NCBI GenBank assembly: GCA_964400145.1
Contig: CAYNTF010000001.1
Coordinates: forward strand, 127,943 to 191,942
From: an uncultured Lachnospiraceae bacterium
GTDB taxonomy: Bacteria > Bacillota > Clostridia > Christensenellales > UBA1242
Length of the DNA: 64,000 nucleotides
Reading direction: 5' to 3'
Below the pieces are notes generated by a model. That model was not told the DNA's origin, made no database searches, and saw nothing but the letters and a program-made list of their open reading frames with translations. Both the position numbers and the translations under genes were made by a program. Each line of letters starts with the position of its first letter. The first letter of the stretch is position 1. Positions 39,564 to 49,840 of the stretch are shown one piece after another.

Positions 39564-39733
39564 TATTTCCACCTCCCATTCCTATATGCATTATAACATA
39601 TAAAAGTGATAAATTCAAGGGTTTTCGTTTTATTTTTATTAAATTGAAATACTTTTTGTGATAATCGCACAAATTCTTTACACTTTTTTTATCCTAGCAA
39701 GAAATATATGGTCGGATTTGGTCACAACAAGGG

Positions 39734-40099
39734 TCAAAATGCGTTTTCAACATGATTAATCATATCGCCCAAAATTTCTATAACATCAAAACGACAGTCA
39801 GCATAAGTTTGGCGTTTAACCATCAAATAAAACTCCGCCACCCGCTTAATTTTTTGTTGCTTTCGAAAATTGACCGCTTCAATCGGGCGTCCATAAGCAA
39901 GCGTTTCGCGCTTTTTCACTTCAACAAAAACAATAATCTTTCCGTCCTGCGCAATTATGTCGATTTCGCCAAACTTTGTCTTGTAGTTGACATCCAAAAT
40001 TTTGTATCCCTTTTTCTTTAAAAAATTGACCGCGCTTATTTCTCCCGCAGTCCCTTTAACTTTGTTCTCAACCTTCTTTAAATCCTTTGTTTCTTCCAA
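39734..40099 (-). CDS. yraN: YraN (UPF0102) family protein
   Basis: GEIDIIA, VFVEVK, CRFDVI. Confidence 0.9.
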   Translation of the reverse strand: MEETKDLKKVENKVKGTAGEISAVNFLKKKGYKILDVNYKTKFGEIDIIAQDGKIIVFVEVKKRETLAYGRPIEAVNFRKQQKIKRVAEFYLMVKRQTYADCRFDVIEILGDMINHVENAF

Positions 40100-40256
40100 T
40101 TAAAACTCCAATAGTTATGTTTTTATATCTTTATAGTTGACTTTCAAATGTTTTTCAGTTGCTTTTATAATCGTTGCATTGATGCTTGAAACTTTTACTT
40201 TGATGATTTTTTAACTCGTATATTTCAATTTTAAATTTTTAAAAGCCAAAGACATA

Positions 40257-41093
40257 TCAATCAAGCGTCAACCTTCCAAGTCGCCCTTTTCGAAAATCAT
40301 CAATAATCGCCTTGCCTGCGCGCTCAATATCAAGTTCCCCACCGTTTCCAACAAACTTTCGAACTTTCGCCACATCATCCAAAGAAGCGACTTTTCCGTA
40401 GCGCTTTTCAAGTTCAAGCGGATATATTTTTTTAATTAAATCCAAAAAATTCTCGCCAAGTTCAACAAAGTCCAAAATCTCATCACGAACACTGCCAACA
40501 TAAGCCAACTTTTTTGCCACTTGCTGATTTTCAATATTTGGATACAGCGTGCCCGGCGTGTCAAAAACTTCCACGCCATCGCCCACAGACAACCACTGCC
40601 CGCGTTTTGTGACACCCGCGCGGTCGCCCGTCATCGTCTTTGCTTTTCGGCAAAGGTTATTCACCAAAGTGCTCTTGCCACAATTTGGAATACCAACAAC
40701 CATAGTTCGAATGGTCGCCTTGACACCTTTTTGTTTATACCTTTCAATCTTGTCTTTCGCCAAAGATTTTATTTTGTTCAGCAAAACATCGCTCTTTCCA
40801 ATGTTCGTGCTGTTATACAAAATATAATCTTTTGACTTTCCCCTAAACTGTGGCAAAAGCGCTTTCAGTTTTGTTTCATCAGCCATATCAATTTTGTTCA
40901 AAACATACAAAGTCGGCTTGTTTTGGGTCAGTTTGTCCAAACTTGGATTTACGGAAGAAATTGGTATGCGCGCGTCAAGAACATAAGTGACAACATCAAC
41001 TTTCTTTAACTCTTCACTCATTTGTCGCAACGCCTTGTTCATATGACCTGGAAACCAATTAATTTTCACTTCGCTCTCCTTGCTTTTCTTCAC
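40257..41093 (-). CDS. rbgA: Ribosome biogenesis GTPase RbgA (YlqF)
   Basis: WFPGHM, DARIP, NKID, GIPNCGKST, DTPG, DFRKGRLG. Confidence 0.95.
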   Translation of the reverse strand: MKKSKESEVKINWFPGHMNKALRQMSEELKKVDVVTYVLDARIPISSVNPSLDKLTQNKPTLYVLNKIDMADETKLKALLPQFRGKSKDYILYNSTNIGKSDVLLNKIKSLAKDKIERYKQKGVKATIRTMVVGIPNCGKSTLVNNLCRKAKTMTGDRAGVTKRGQWLSVGDGVEVFDTPGTLYPNIENQQVAKKLAYVGSVRDEILDFVELGENFLDLIKKIYPLELEKRYGKVASLDDVAKVRKFVGNGGELDIERAGKAIIDDFRKGRLGRLTLD

Positions 41094-41280
41094 TCAAACA
41101 TTTTTTAAAGCCATTTGATGATTACCCAACCCGCTCTTCGCAACATCGCTTCACTTCACACATAACTTTCTTTTCTTATTTTTCTTTCAACTTCCCTTAA
41201 CTTTTCTTTCAGTTTCTCTTTGGACATCACTTAAAAAGCAACCTTTGAAGATTTGCTTGTCGATAATATTCACATTTGTT

Positions 41281-41343
41281 GCATACTACACAATATGTGG
41301 TGTGGTATGCAACATAATACACTTGATTTTGTGCGTATTATTC
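41281..41343. repeat. Dispersed palindromic repeat, copy 4 (inverted; abuts the trmD stop)
   Basis: ACACAATATGTGGTGT (41288-41303) + GGTATGCAACATAAT (reverse complement of the copy 2 linker) + ACACTTGATTTTGTGC (41319-41334). Confidence 0.85.
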
Positions 41344-42012
41344 ACTCAGCAAGTCTTGTCTGCGCTCCTTTGTCCTTTTAAGACTTTGCTCTTTTCGCCA
41401 CTTTTCGACTTCTTTATGATTGCCCGAAACCAAAACATCAGGCACGCTCAGTCCCATAAATTCCTGTGGACGCGTATACTGCGGATACTCCAAAAGCCCC
41501 TGTGAAAAACTTTCGTTTTCCAAACTTTCTTTTGATATCACACCCTCAACAAAGCGCGCCAAAGCATCAATAATCACCATACTTGGCAGTTCCCCGCCCG
41601 TCAAAACATAGTCACCAATCGAAATTTGCTCAATCGGAAACAATTCAAAAATTCGCTCATCCACCCCTTCATAATGTCCGCAAACAAAAATCAAATGGTC
41701 ATAGTGCGACAAACTTTCTGCCTTACCAGCTGTCAACACTTCCCCGCTTGGTGACGGAAAAACAATTTTTGCCCGCTTTTCATTTTCGTCATAAACAGAT
41801 TTTATGGCGTCATAAAGAGGTTGGACAGTCATCAACATTCCTGCCCCACCACCAAAAGGATAGTCGTCACATTTCTTGTGTTTGTCTTTGGAAAAATCTC
41901 TTATATTCAACACATTAATTTCCAAAATTCCGTTTCCTTCCGCTCGTGCCAAAATGCTTGTTTTAAGCGGTGCAAACGCTTCTGGAAAAAGTGTCAAAAT
42001 GTCAATTTTCAT
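41338..42012 (-). CDS. trmD: tRNA (guanine-N1)-methyltransferase
   Basis: LTLFPE, DDYPFGGGAGM, CGHYEGVDER, SIGDYVLTGGE, EYPQYTRP. Confidence 0.97.
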   Translation of the reverse strand: MKIDILTLFPEAFAPLKTSILARAEGNGILEINVLNIRDFSKDKHKKCDDYPFGGGAGMLMTVQPLYDAIKSVYDENEKRAKIVFPSPSGEVLTAGKAESLSHYDHLIFVCGHYEGVDERIFELFPIEQISIGDYVLTGGELPSMVIIDALARFVEGVISKESLENESFSQGLLEYPQYTRPQEFMGLSVPDVLVSGNHKEVEKWRKEQSLKRTKERRQDLLSE

Positions 42013-42045
42013 CTTTTCTCCTAACTCAATTTCTTGGCAAAACCA

Positions 42046-42555
42046 CTATTCTTGTTCCACTTTTGCGCCATTAAACTCCGCTCTATCCACATAGATTTCG
42101 CCGTTTTTAGTCTTGAAAATGGCTTTTCTGAATGGAACTTCATACAACCGACCTTCTTCTTTTATAATCAAGATGTCGTCAAAGCCATAGTCCGTCACAC
42201 CCATAATTTGCCCAACGAGTTCACCATTTTCGTCACAAATCGTGCTTCCAACCAAATCTTCAACAAGAAAATCGTCGACGGCAAGTTTTTTGAATTCGTC
42301 TTTTGTGATATAGACGCGCTTATTGCGATACTTCTCCGCAACATTTCGGTCAATTATCTCTTCAAAATGCACATAGGCATATCCAAGACGAAATGTCGCC
42401 GACTTGACAGCGCTCGCCTGTTTTTCGATATAAAGTTGATGTTTTCCATTAAAAATCGCAGGAATATCAACAGTGGGAAGAATTTTGACTTCCCCCTTGA
42501 TACCCTGCGGTTTAATGATTTTTCCAACACAAACAAAATCCATTTCCGTCCCCAA
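42046..42555 (-). CDS. rimM: Ribosome maturation factor RimM
   Basis: VGKIIKPQGIKGEVK, EDLVG; synteny; start may be 42543. Confidence 0.92.
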   Translation of the reverse strand: MGTEMDFVCVGKIIKPQGIKGEVKILPTVDIPAIFNGKHQLYIEKQASAVKSATFRLGYAYVHFEEIIDRNVAEKYRNKRVYITKDEFKKLAVDDFLVEDLVGSTICDENGELVGQIMGVTDYGFDDILIIKEEGRLYEVPFRKAIFKTKNGEIYVDRAEFNGAKVEQE

Positions 42556-42786
42556 TTAATCTTCAAACTTAACAAAGACTTTTTTATGAAGTTTTGCTGA
42601 AACAGATTTCATAATTGTCCTTATGCTCATCGCCGTTTTGCCATTCTTGCCGATAACTTTGCCTAGGTCTTTCTCAGCAACTTTCACTTTGTATGTGATT
42701 ACCTTATCGTCTTCTTCCTTGATAACTTCAACTGCTTCTTCGTTTTCCACCAAAGTTTTCACAAGGAATTTCAATAACTCATCCAT
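42556..42786 (-). CDS. khpA: KH-domain RNA-binding protein KhpA (YlqC)
   Basis: DLGKVIGKNGKTA..IRT; between rpsP and rimM. Confidence 0.92.
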   Translation of the reverse strand: MDELLKFLVKTLVENEEAVEVIKEEDDKVITYKVKVAEKDLGKVIGKNGKTAMSIRTIMKSVSAKLHKKVFVKFED

Positions 42787-42806
42787 ATTTTCTCCTTAAC
42801 TTTTGC

Positions 42807-43058
42807 CTATTTGTTATCAATAGCACCGCTCTTAACCAAAATTGACTTTGCGGTTTCTGTTGGAGTTGCGCCATTTCTAAGCCATTTTTGTGCCTTATCG
42901 TTGTCAATTTTGATTTCAGCAGGATTTATAAGCGGATTATAAGTGCCAATAACATCGATGTATTTTCCATCTCTTGGACTTTTTGAATCAGCCACAACAA
43001 CACGGTAGAAAGGTGATTTCTTATCTCCCATTCTTGTAAGTCTAATTTTAACAGCCAT
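42807..43058 (-). CDS. rpsP: 30S ribosomal protein S16
   Basis: [30 protein letters not shown]. Confidence 0.98.
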   Translation of the reverse strand: MAVKIRLTRMGDKKSPFYRVVVADSKSPRDGKYIDVIGTYNPLINPAEIKIDNDKAQKWLRNGATPTETAKSILVKSGAIDNK

Positions 43059-43229
43059 TTTCTCTCTCCTTTTAATAAATTTTTGAAAGATTTTCATTTG
43101 TGAAATTCTCTCGATATATATATATCAAAATTTTTCCGTCTTGCCGAAAAATTTTGAGATATACCAAAATTGTCAGATATTTGCAAGCCACAAGTTCGCC
43201 GAACTGCTTTTAAAAAGATTACTTTTCAA

Positions 43230-44543
43230 TCAAAACAACCCGCGAAAACCTTTTTTGCCTTTGAGTTGTTTCATAAGTTCTTTCGATTGCTCAAATTGTT
43301 TCAGCAACGAATTTACTTGTTGAATGGTTGTTCCACTGCCTTGCGCAATGCGTTTTCTTCGGCTCGCCTTGATGATTTCTGGATTTAAACGCTCTTCACG
43401 CGTCATGCTTTGAATGATTGCTTTGTTGATTTCAAGTTGTTTCTCGTCGATTGCCACACCTTTAAGTTTGGACGCCATACCAGGAATCATGCCGATGATA
43501 TCCTGCAACCCGCCCATTTTCTTCAAACTTTCCATTTGCGTGAGATAGTCTTCAAAGGTAAACGAATTTTCGCGAAGTTTTTCTTGCATCTTCTTCGCTT
43601 CTTCTTCGGTCACTGCTTCTTGCGCTTTTTCAATCAGCGAAAGCACATCCCCCATACCCAAGATTCGACTTGCAATTCTCTCTGGATGGAAAGGTTCAAG
43701 GTCGCCAATTTTTTCGCCCACACCAGAAAATTTGATTGGTTTTCCGGTGATTGCTTTGATTGAAAGCGCCGCCCCGCCACGAGTGTCGCCGTCAAGTTTT
43801 GTCAGCACCACACCTGTGATGTCGAGGTCATTGTTGAAACTTTCTGCTATCGTCACTGCATCTTGACCTGTCATGGCATCAACGACAAGCAAAATTTCGT
43901 TCGGTTTGACTTCTTTTTTGATTTCTTTGAGTTCTTCCATCAACTCTTTGTTTATATGAAGTCTGCCTGCCGTATCAATGATGACAACATCAAATCCTTG
44001 CTTCTTGGCGTGGTCAATCGCCTGTTTTGCCGTTTTGACAGGGTTTTGAGTTCCGCGCTCGAACACTTCTGCGTTCGCCGACTTCCCGACAACTTGAAGT
44101 TGATTGATTGCGGCAGGTCGATATATATCGCACGCAACAAGCAAAGGTTTCTTTCCACTTTTTTTGAGATGTGCAGCGAGTTTTCCGCACATTGTTGTTT
44201 TACCAGCGCCTTGAAGCCCGCACATCATGATGATTGTTGGCGGATTGGAAGCGATTGTCAACTTCTGATTGTCACTTGAAATCAATTTTGTCAGTTCATC
44301 TTTGACAATTTTTATAACCATTTGTCCTGGCGTCAAACTTTTCATAACATCTTCGCCGACCGCTTTCTCAGTGACAGAAGAAACAAACTTTTTGACAACC
44401 ATATAATTCACATCGGCTTCAAGCAGAGCAATACGCACTTCGCGCATAGCCTCCTTGATTTCAAGTTCAGTCAACTTTCCGCGCTTTGTGAGTTTTGAAA
44501 AGATATGGTTGAATTTTTCAGATAAAGATGAAAACAGTGCCAT
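43230..44543 (-). CDS. ffh: Signal recognition particle protein Ffh
   Basis: GLQGAGKTT, DTAGR, TKLDGD, RILGMGD, SRRKRIA. Confidence 0.97.
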   Translation of the reverse strand: MALFSSLSEKFNHIFSKLTKRGKLTELEIKEAMREVRIALLEADVNYMVVKKFVSSVTEKAVGEDVMKSLTPGQMVIKIVKDELTKLISSDNQKLTIASNPPTIIMMCGLQGAGKTTMCGKLAAHLKKSGKKPLLVACDIYRPAAINQLQVVGKSANAEVFERGTQNPVKTAKQAIDHAKKQGFDVVIIDTAGRLHINKELMEELKEIKKEVKPNEILLVVDAMTGQDAVTIAESFNNDLDITGVVLTKLDGDTRGGAALSIKAITGKPIKFSGVGEKIGDLEPFHPERIASRILGMGDVLSLIEKAQEAVTEEEAKKMQEKLRENSFTFEDYLTQMESLKKMGGLQDIIGMIPGMASKLKGVAIDEKQLEINKAIIQSMTREERLNPEIIKASRRKRIAQGSGTTIQQVNSLLKQFEQSKELMKQLKGKKGFRGLF

Positions 44544-44875
44544 CACAATTCCTTTAAAATTTTTTCGACTTTTTCAATAATTTCGGGATGATTTTTTGCC
44601 AAGACTTCAAGTTCTTGCAAAGATTTTGCCAAGTTTTGCTTCTGTTTGAGAATTTGAAGTGATGTTTCAATTTTTTTCAACTTTTCGCACGACTTGTTGA
44701 TGCTGTCCAAAACTGCTTGGCGAGAGATTTTTCTCTCATCAGCAATCTCGGCAAGGGTCATGTTGTATTGAAAATAATTTGTCATAATCGTTTGTCTTTC
44801 TTCACTCAAAAGTTTGCCGTAAATTTCGAACAAACGCCCATATTCCACAAAACTTTCAAGTTGATTTTTTGACAT
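44543..44875 (-). CDS. ylxM: YlxM family DNA-binding protein
   Basis: YGKLLSE, TLAEIA..ISRQAV; upstream of ffh. Confidence 0.88.
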   Translation of the reverse strand: MSKNQLESFVEYGRLFEIYGKLLSEERQTIMTNYFQYNMTLAEIADERKISRQAVLDSINKSCEKLKKIETSLQILKQKQNLAKSLQELEVLAKNHPEIIEKVEKILKEL

Positions 44876-44890
44876 ACTTCGCTCCAATTA

Positions 44891-44912
44891 TGTCAAGCAT
44901 TTTTGCTTTACA
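44891..44912 (-). promoter_or_regulatory. Palindromic operator in the ylxM-ffh leader
   Basis: TGTAAAG-N8-CTTGACA just downstream of TTGCAA-N17-TATAAT. Confidence 0.55.
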
Positions 44913-44950
44913 CTGCCATTATAACACATCTTTAAAAAAATTGCAAGCAT

Positions 44951-46072
44951 TTATTCAAACAAATTTGAAATAATTGTGTTGGAAATGTGATAAAAAAGCG
45001 GATTAAGTTTCACAACATCCTTGTTTTTCACCAAAATCCCCTGCTGTAAATAATCACAAAAATGAGCGTTCTTTTCTATTTTGATAACTTTCAAACTTTT
45101 CAAGTTAACCCCCAAACAGCACCTAAGCCCAAGCATAATTCTCTCTTCGTCTTCTTCTTTTTCTGTCAAAATTTCAACATTTTGAATGCCGAGAGCATAA
45201 TCCTGCAAATTGCCAGCGTTTTCAATGCGTTTTCCATCCAAAAAAGAGTGTGCCGAAATCCCAAAACCGAGATATTCTCCGCGCGCCCAATAGTTTAGAT
45301 TATGCTTACTTTCAAACTTTGGCACAGCAAAATTGCTGATTTCATATCTCTCCAACCCTTCATCCTGCAAATAGTTTGCAAGTTTGTTGAAAGCAGAGAT
45401 TGTTTCATCATCGTTCAACGGCAAATACTTCCCCTTTTCAATCATCTTGAAAATTGGTGTGTTTTGATAAATTTCCAGCAAATAGCAAGATATATGCTTC
45501 ACGCCAAGCAACAGAAGTTCGCGCGCATGCCGACATAAATCTTTGCCACTTTCGCCTTGCAAGCCAACGATAAGGTCGCAAGAAACATTGTCAAAAAGTT
45601 TTCGCGCCAAAGCAATTTTTTCCAGTGCCATTTTGCGATTGTGAAGCCTTCCAATCTTTTTAAGCGACTTATCGCTCAGCGACTGCACCCCCACGCTCAA
45701 CCGATTAACTCCCAACTCACGCCATTTTTTCAACAAACTTTCGGTTATGGAAGATGGATTTGCTTCAATCGTAAATTCTGCGTATTTTTCAACCTTAAAA
45801 TTCTCATAAATCGCGCCCACAACCTTTTCGATCTGTTTTTCATTCAAAACGCTCGGCGTTCCGCCACCGATGTAAATTGTTTTGACGCACGCATTCACTT
45901 TTCTGCTGGCAATTTCTTTGCAAAGCAGGTCGATATATTCGTCCTTTTCTTGCTCCGTTCCGCAAAAAGAATTGAAAGCACAATAATTGCACTTATGCTC
46001 ACAAAAAGGTATGTGAATGTATATTGAAATGTCTTTCTCGCTTATTTTCTCACCCCAAATCAAATTTTCCAA
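44951..46072 (-). CDS. hemW: Radical SAM heme chaperone HemW (HemN-like)
   Basis: YIHIPFCEHKCNYC, GGGTPS, EANP, YEISNF, HNLNYW; follows lepA. Confidence 0.9.
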   Translation of the reverse strand: MENLIWGEKISEKDISIYIHIPFCEHKCNYCAFNSFCGTEQEKDEYIDLLCKEIASRKVNACVKTIYIGGGTPSVLNEKQIEKVVGAIYENFKVEKYAEFTIEANPSSITESLLKKWRELGVNRLSVGVQSLSDKSLKKIGRLHNRKMALEKIALARKLFDNVSCDLIVGLQGESGKDLCRHARELLLLGVKHISCYLLEIYQNTPIFKMIEKGKYLPLNDDETISAFNKLANYLQDEGLERYEISNFAVPKFESKHNLNYWARGEYLGFGISAHSFLDGKRIENAGNLQDYALGIQNVEILTEKEEDEERIMLGLRCCLGVNLKSLKVIKIEKNAHFCDYLQQGILVKNKDVVKLNPLFYHISNTIISNLFE

Positions 46073-46111
46073 AAAAGATTTTTTTATGTTTTTAACAATT
46101 TAAAAATTAAA

Positions 46112-47917
46112 TCAATTTTTGTCATCAAGTTTAAGAATGCTCATGAACGCCTCTGACGGAATTTCCACCGAGCCGATTTTTCTCATTCTTTTCTTGCCTT
46201 CCTTTTGTTTTTCCAAAAGTTTGCGCTTGCGCGTGATGTCACCGCCATAGCATTTCGCAAGCACATCTTTTCGCATCGCCGAAATTGTTTCGCGCGCAAT
46301 GATTTTGTTGCCAATACATGCTTGAATTGGCACTTCAAAAAGTTGACGCGGAATGATTTTTTTCAGTCGTTCCGTAAGTTCCCGACCGCGTGTATACGCC
46401 TTGTCCTTATGCACAATCATCGAAAGTGCGTCGCACTTTTCTCCGTTCAAAAGCAAGTCAACTTTCACCAAATCTGCTTCTGTGAAACCAGCAAACTCAT
46501 AGTCAAAACTTGCATAACCTTTCGTTCGCGACTTCAACGAATCAAAAAAATCATAAATAATTTCCCCAAGTGGAAGAATATATTTCAGTTCCACGCGTTT
46601 TTTGTCCAAATATTGCATGTCTTTGTATACCCCGCGCTTGTCTTGACATAGTTCCATAATCGCGCCCACAAATTCTGGCGGAGTGAAAACGCTGACATTG
46701 ACAATCGGCTCTTCAATTCGCGAAATTTCAACTGCTGGCGGAAGATTGGACGGATTTGAAATTTCCAACATATCACCATTAGTTTTATAGACATGATAAG
46801 AAACACTTGGCGCTGTGGTGATGATTTCCAAATTAAATTCGCGCTCCAAGCGTTCGGTGATGATTTCCAAGTGAAGCAACCCCAAAAAACCGCATCGAAA
46901 ACCGAATCCAAGCGCCGAAGAAACTTCTGGCTGGAACTGCAAACTTGCGTCATTGAGTTTAAGTTTTTCCAAACTGTCTTTCAGATCGTTATATTTTGCC
47001 CCATCCACTGTGAAAATTCCGCAGAACACGACCGGCTGAACTTCTTTATATCCTGCCAACGCTTCCTTGATTGGATTGTCTGCAAATGTGATGGTGTCAC
47101 CAACTTTGACATCGGAAATTGTTTTGATTGACGCCGAAATATACCCCACATCGCCAGCAGAAAGCATGGAAACTTCTTTGGTGCTAGGCACAAAAATTCC
47201 AACTTCAGTCACTTCAAAAGTTTTGCCTGTCTGCATCATCAAAATCTTATCGCCTGCTTTAACCGTGCCGTCAAAGACGCGAATAAGGCAAATTGCGCCC
47301 TTAAAATTGTCGTAATGACTGTCAAAAATAAGTGCTTTAAGCGGTTTGTTTTCATCGCCACTTGGTGCAGGAATGTTTGTTATAATTGACTTCAAAACTT
47401 GGTCAATATTCAACCCGTCTTTCGCCGAAATGCAAGGACAATCTTGTGCATCCAAACCGATAACTTCTTCAATTTCCGCCTTGACTTCATCCACGCGCGC
47501 AGAAGGAAGGTCGATTTTGTTGATAACCGGCACAATTTCCAAATTGTTGTCGAGCGCGAGATAGGTGTTTGCGAGAGTTTGCGCCTCCACCCCTTGCGAA
47601 GCATCCACCAAGAGTAGTGCGCCTTCGCACGCCGCAAGCGAGCGCGAAACTTCGTAGGTGAAATCGACATGTCCAGGTGTGTCAATCAAATTTAACTCAT
47701 ACTCCTTGCCCTCAAATTCATAGATAAGTCTTGTTGGTGCAAGTTTGATTGTAATTCCCTTTTCGCGTTCCAAGTCCATGCTATCCAAAATTTGTTCTTG
47801 CATATCCCGCTTTGAAACAGTGCCCGTCAGTTCGATAAGCCTGTCCGCCAAAGTGCTCTTTCCGTGGTCGATGTGTGCAATAATACAAAAATTTCTAATC
47901 AAACTCAAATCTTTCAT
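46112..47917 (-). CDS. lepA: Elongation factor 4 (LepA)
   Basis: [37 protein letters not shown]. Confidence 0.98.
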   Translation of the reverse strand: MKDLSLIRNFCIIAHIDHGKSTLADRLIELTGTVSKRDMQEQILDSMDLEREKGITIKLAPTRLIYEFEGKEYELNLIDTPGHVDFTYEVSRSLAACEGALLLVDASQGVEAQTLANTYLALDNNLEIVPVINKIDLPSARVDEVKAEIEEVIGLDAQDCPCISAKDGLNIDQVLKSIITNIPAPSGDENKPLKALIFDSHYDNFKGAICLIRVFDGTVKAGDKILMMQTGKTFEVTEVGIFVPSTKEVSMLSAGDVGYISASIKTISDVKVGDTITFADNPIKEALAGYKEVQPVVFCGIFTVDGAKYNDLKDSLEKLKLNDASLQFQPEVSSALGFGFRCGFLGLLHLEIITERLEREFNLEIITTAPSVSYHVYKTNGDMLEISNPSNLPPAVEISRIEEPIVNVSVFTPPEFVGAIMELCQDKRGVYKDMQYLDKKRVELKYILPLGEIIYDFFDSLKSRTKGYASFDYEFAGFTEADLVKVDLLLNGEKCDALSMIVHKDKAYTRGRELTERLKKIIPRQLFEVPIQACIGNKIIARETISAMRKDVLAKCYGGDITRKRKLLEKQKEGKKRMRKIGSVEIPSEAFMSILKLDDKN

Positions 47918-48022
47918 ACGAAGATATTTTACAACATCTTTTCAACTTTTCCAAATAAAACACCGCCTTTTGCTTTGTTTTTTCGTTCAAATTTGTTATT
48001 ATGGATAATAAGGGGGTGTCTG

Positions 48023-48943
48023 ATGGCAAAATTAATTTACAAACACAGTGTTGTTGGTGGATTTAAACAAGACAGCGCACAAAAATACTGTGCTGAAAGT
48101 TTGAAAAAAGGAAAATTTGTGCTTACATTAAAACCAAAAAGTGCAGAAAATTCAACAGAAAATAAGGGTGTTTCATATCGTCTTTTCGAAACTACTGAAA
48201 GTTTGCAGGAAATATATGATACCATATCTGACAAGCAAAAAATAAATGCTGTCGTTGTTGACAATGCTGAACTTTGCACAAAAAAACAAGTTGACGAACT
48301 GCGCGAAATCTCCAAGCGCGTGCCCGTGCTTTGTTATGGTCTTAAAACAAATTCTCAATGCGTTCTATTTGAAGGAAGCAAAAGACTTTTGGAAGTTTCT
48401 GACGAAATTAAAGAAATCGTCACCGCTTGCAAATGCGGGAAAAAGGCAATCATAAATGGTCTTTTTGTCAAAGGACTGCTTGCGGATGACACTGACAATT
48501 CCAAAATCGAAAATGCAACAACTCGCCCATTGTGCTGGTCGTGTTACTCAAGAGAAAAGTTCAAGTCAAAAATCTATGACAAACTCATCAAATATTTGAA
48601 TATTTTTGAAAATAAAGAAACCGTTGGAAAGTGGTCGTCCGACACCCCATTGGATAACATAATTTTGCAAAAGCCTTTTGTGATTTACGACGAAGAAGTT
48701 GAAAATTTCATAAATGATTTCAAAGAATTTCAAATCAAAAATCCAGAACAAACCATTGTGATAAATGACAACGCCAAAGATTTGCGAAAAATTTCCATGC
48801 GCGGAAAATCTTATGACTTTGTTATGACGCTTATTTCTTATGTCATTAAAATGGAGAACATCCACCCAGGACTTTTGAAAACTCTCTTTGAAGACGGCAC
48901 AATCGTGAAATGGCTGAAACAAATCAAAAAAGTGGTGGATTAA
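48023..48943 (+). CDS. Degenerate thymidine kinase-like domain fused to a DUF6508-like domain
   Basis: MAKL.., PVLCYGL, LFEGSKRLLE, CKCG and CWSC zinc ligands retained; P-loop and DEAQF motif degenerate; extra C-terminal domain of about 130 aa. Confidence 0.7.
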   Translation: MAKLIYKHSVVGGFKQDSAQKYCAESLKKGKFVLTLKPKSAENSTENKGVSYRLFETTESLQEIYDTISDKQKINAVVVDNAELCTKKQVDELREISKRVPVLCYGLKTNSQCVLFEGSKRLLEVSDEIKEIVTACKCGKKAIINGLFVKGLLADDTDNSKIENATTRPLCWSCYSREKFKSKIYDKLIKYLNIFENKETVGKWSSDTPLDNIILQKPFVIYDEEVENFINDFKEFQIKNPEQTIVINDNAKDLRKISMRGKSYDFVMTLISYVIKMENIHPGLLKTLFEDGTIVKWLKQIKKVVD

Positions 48944-49029
48944 AAAAACAAATTTTCAATTATAATCAAAATTAAAAAGCATCCACCCTAACTTTGAAAA
49001 TTATGCTGTTGTGAAAAAGTTTAAGTAAG

Positions 49030-49067
49030 AAAAAAGTTGCAAACTCATTTTTAGTTGCAACTTTTTT
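49030..49067. terminator. Bidirectional terminator
   Basis: AAAAAAGTTGCAA-loop-TTGCAACTTTTTT. Confidence 0.8.
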
Positions 49068-49156
49068 GTTATATTAATGAAACGAGAACCAAAGCCACGA
49101 CGAGTGGTTAAAACTTTTATCCAACGCTTGTTCTCTCAATCAGTAAATAAATTAAA

Positions 49157-49717
49157 TTATTTCACTTTTTCCATGTATGACCCATCACGCGTGTCAACAC
49201 GAATGATGTCGCCAATGTTGACAAAAAGTGGCACTTGAATGGTGTATCCCGTGATGAGTGTGGCTGGCTTTTTGGACGCTTTGGATGTATCGCCCTGAAT
49301 TCCTGGTTCCGTGTCTGCAACTTCAAGTTCAACAAAAGTTGGTGGATAAACCGCGAACGGAACGCCCTTATATATATACATTGTTGTTGGCATGTTTTCG
49401 ACAATGAAATTCAATGCGTCAGCAACTGCTTCACGATTTAGTGGCATTTGTTCATAAGTTTCGTTGTCCATGAAATAATAAAGTTCGCCGTCATTATAAA
49501 GATAGAGCATTTCTTTCTTTTCAATGATTGCTTCTTGAAATTTGTCAGAAGGGTTGAAAGTGTCTTCCTTAACCTGTCCCGTCATGACATTTTTGATTTT
49601 TGCGCGCACAAATGGTGAACCTTTGCCAGGCTTCACATGCATAAAATCGATGACATTATAAACCGCGCCATCCATTTCAAAAGTTGTACCTTTTCTAAAA
49701 TCTCCTGCTGTAACCAT
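49157..49717 (-). CDS. efp: Elongation factor P
   Basis: [25 protein letters not shown]. Confidence 0.97.
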   Translation of the reverse strand: MVTAGDFRKGTTFEMDGAVYNVIDFMHVKPGKGSPFVRAKIKNVMTGQVKEDTFNPSDKFQEAIIEKKEMLYLYNDGELYYFMDNETYEQMPLNREAVADALNFIVENMPTTMYIYKGVPFAVYPPTFVELEVADTEPGIQGDTSKASKKPATLITGYTIQVPLFVNIGDIIRVDTRDGSYMEKVK

Positions 49718-49840
49718 AAAAAAACTCCTATATATAAAAATTTGTTTGCATCCTATCTTTTATATGATAACACATTTAACCGCCAATATCAAGCATTTTT
49801 TGAAAATTATTTACCTAAAATTTTGAAAAACGACCTATTC

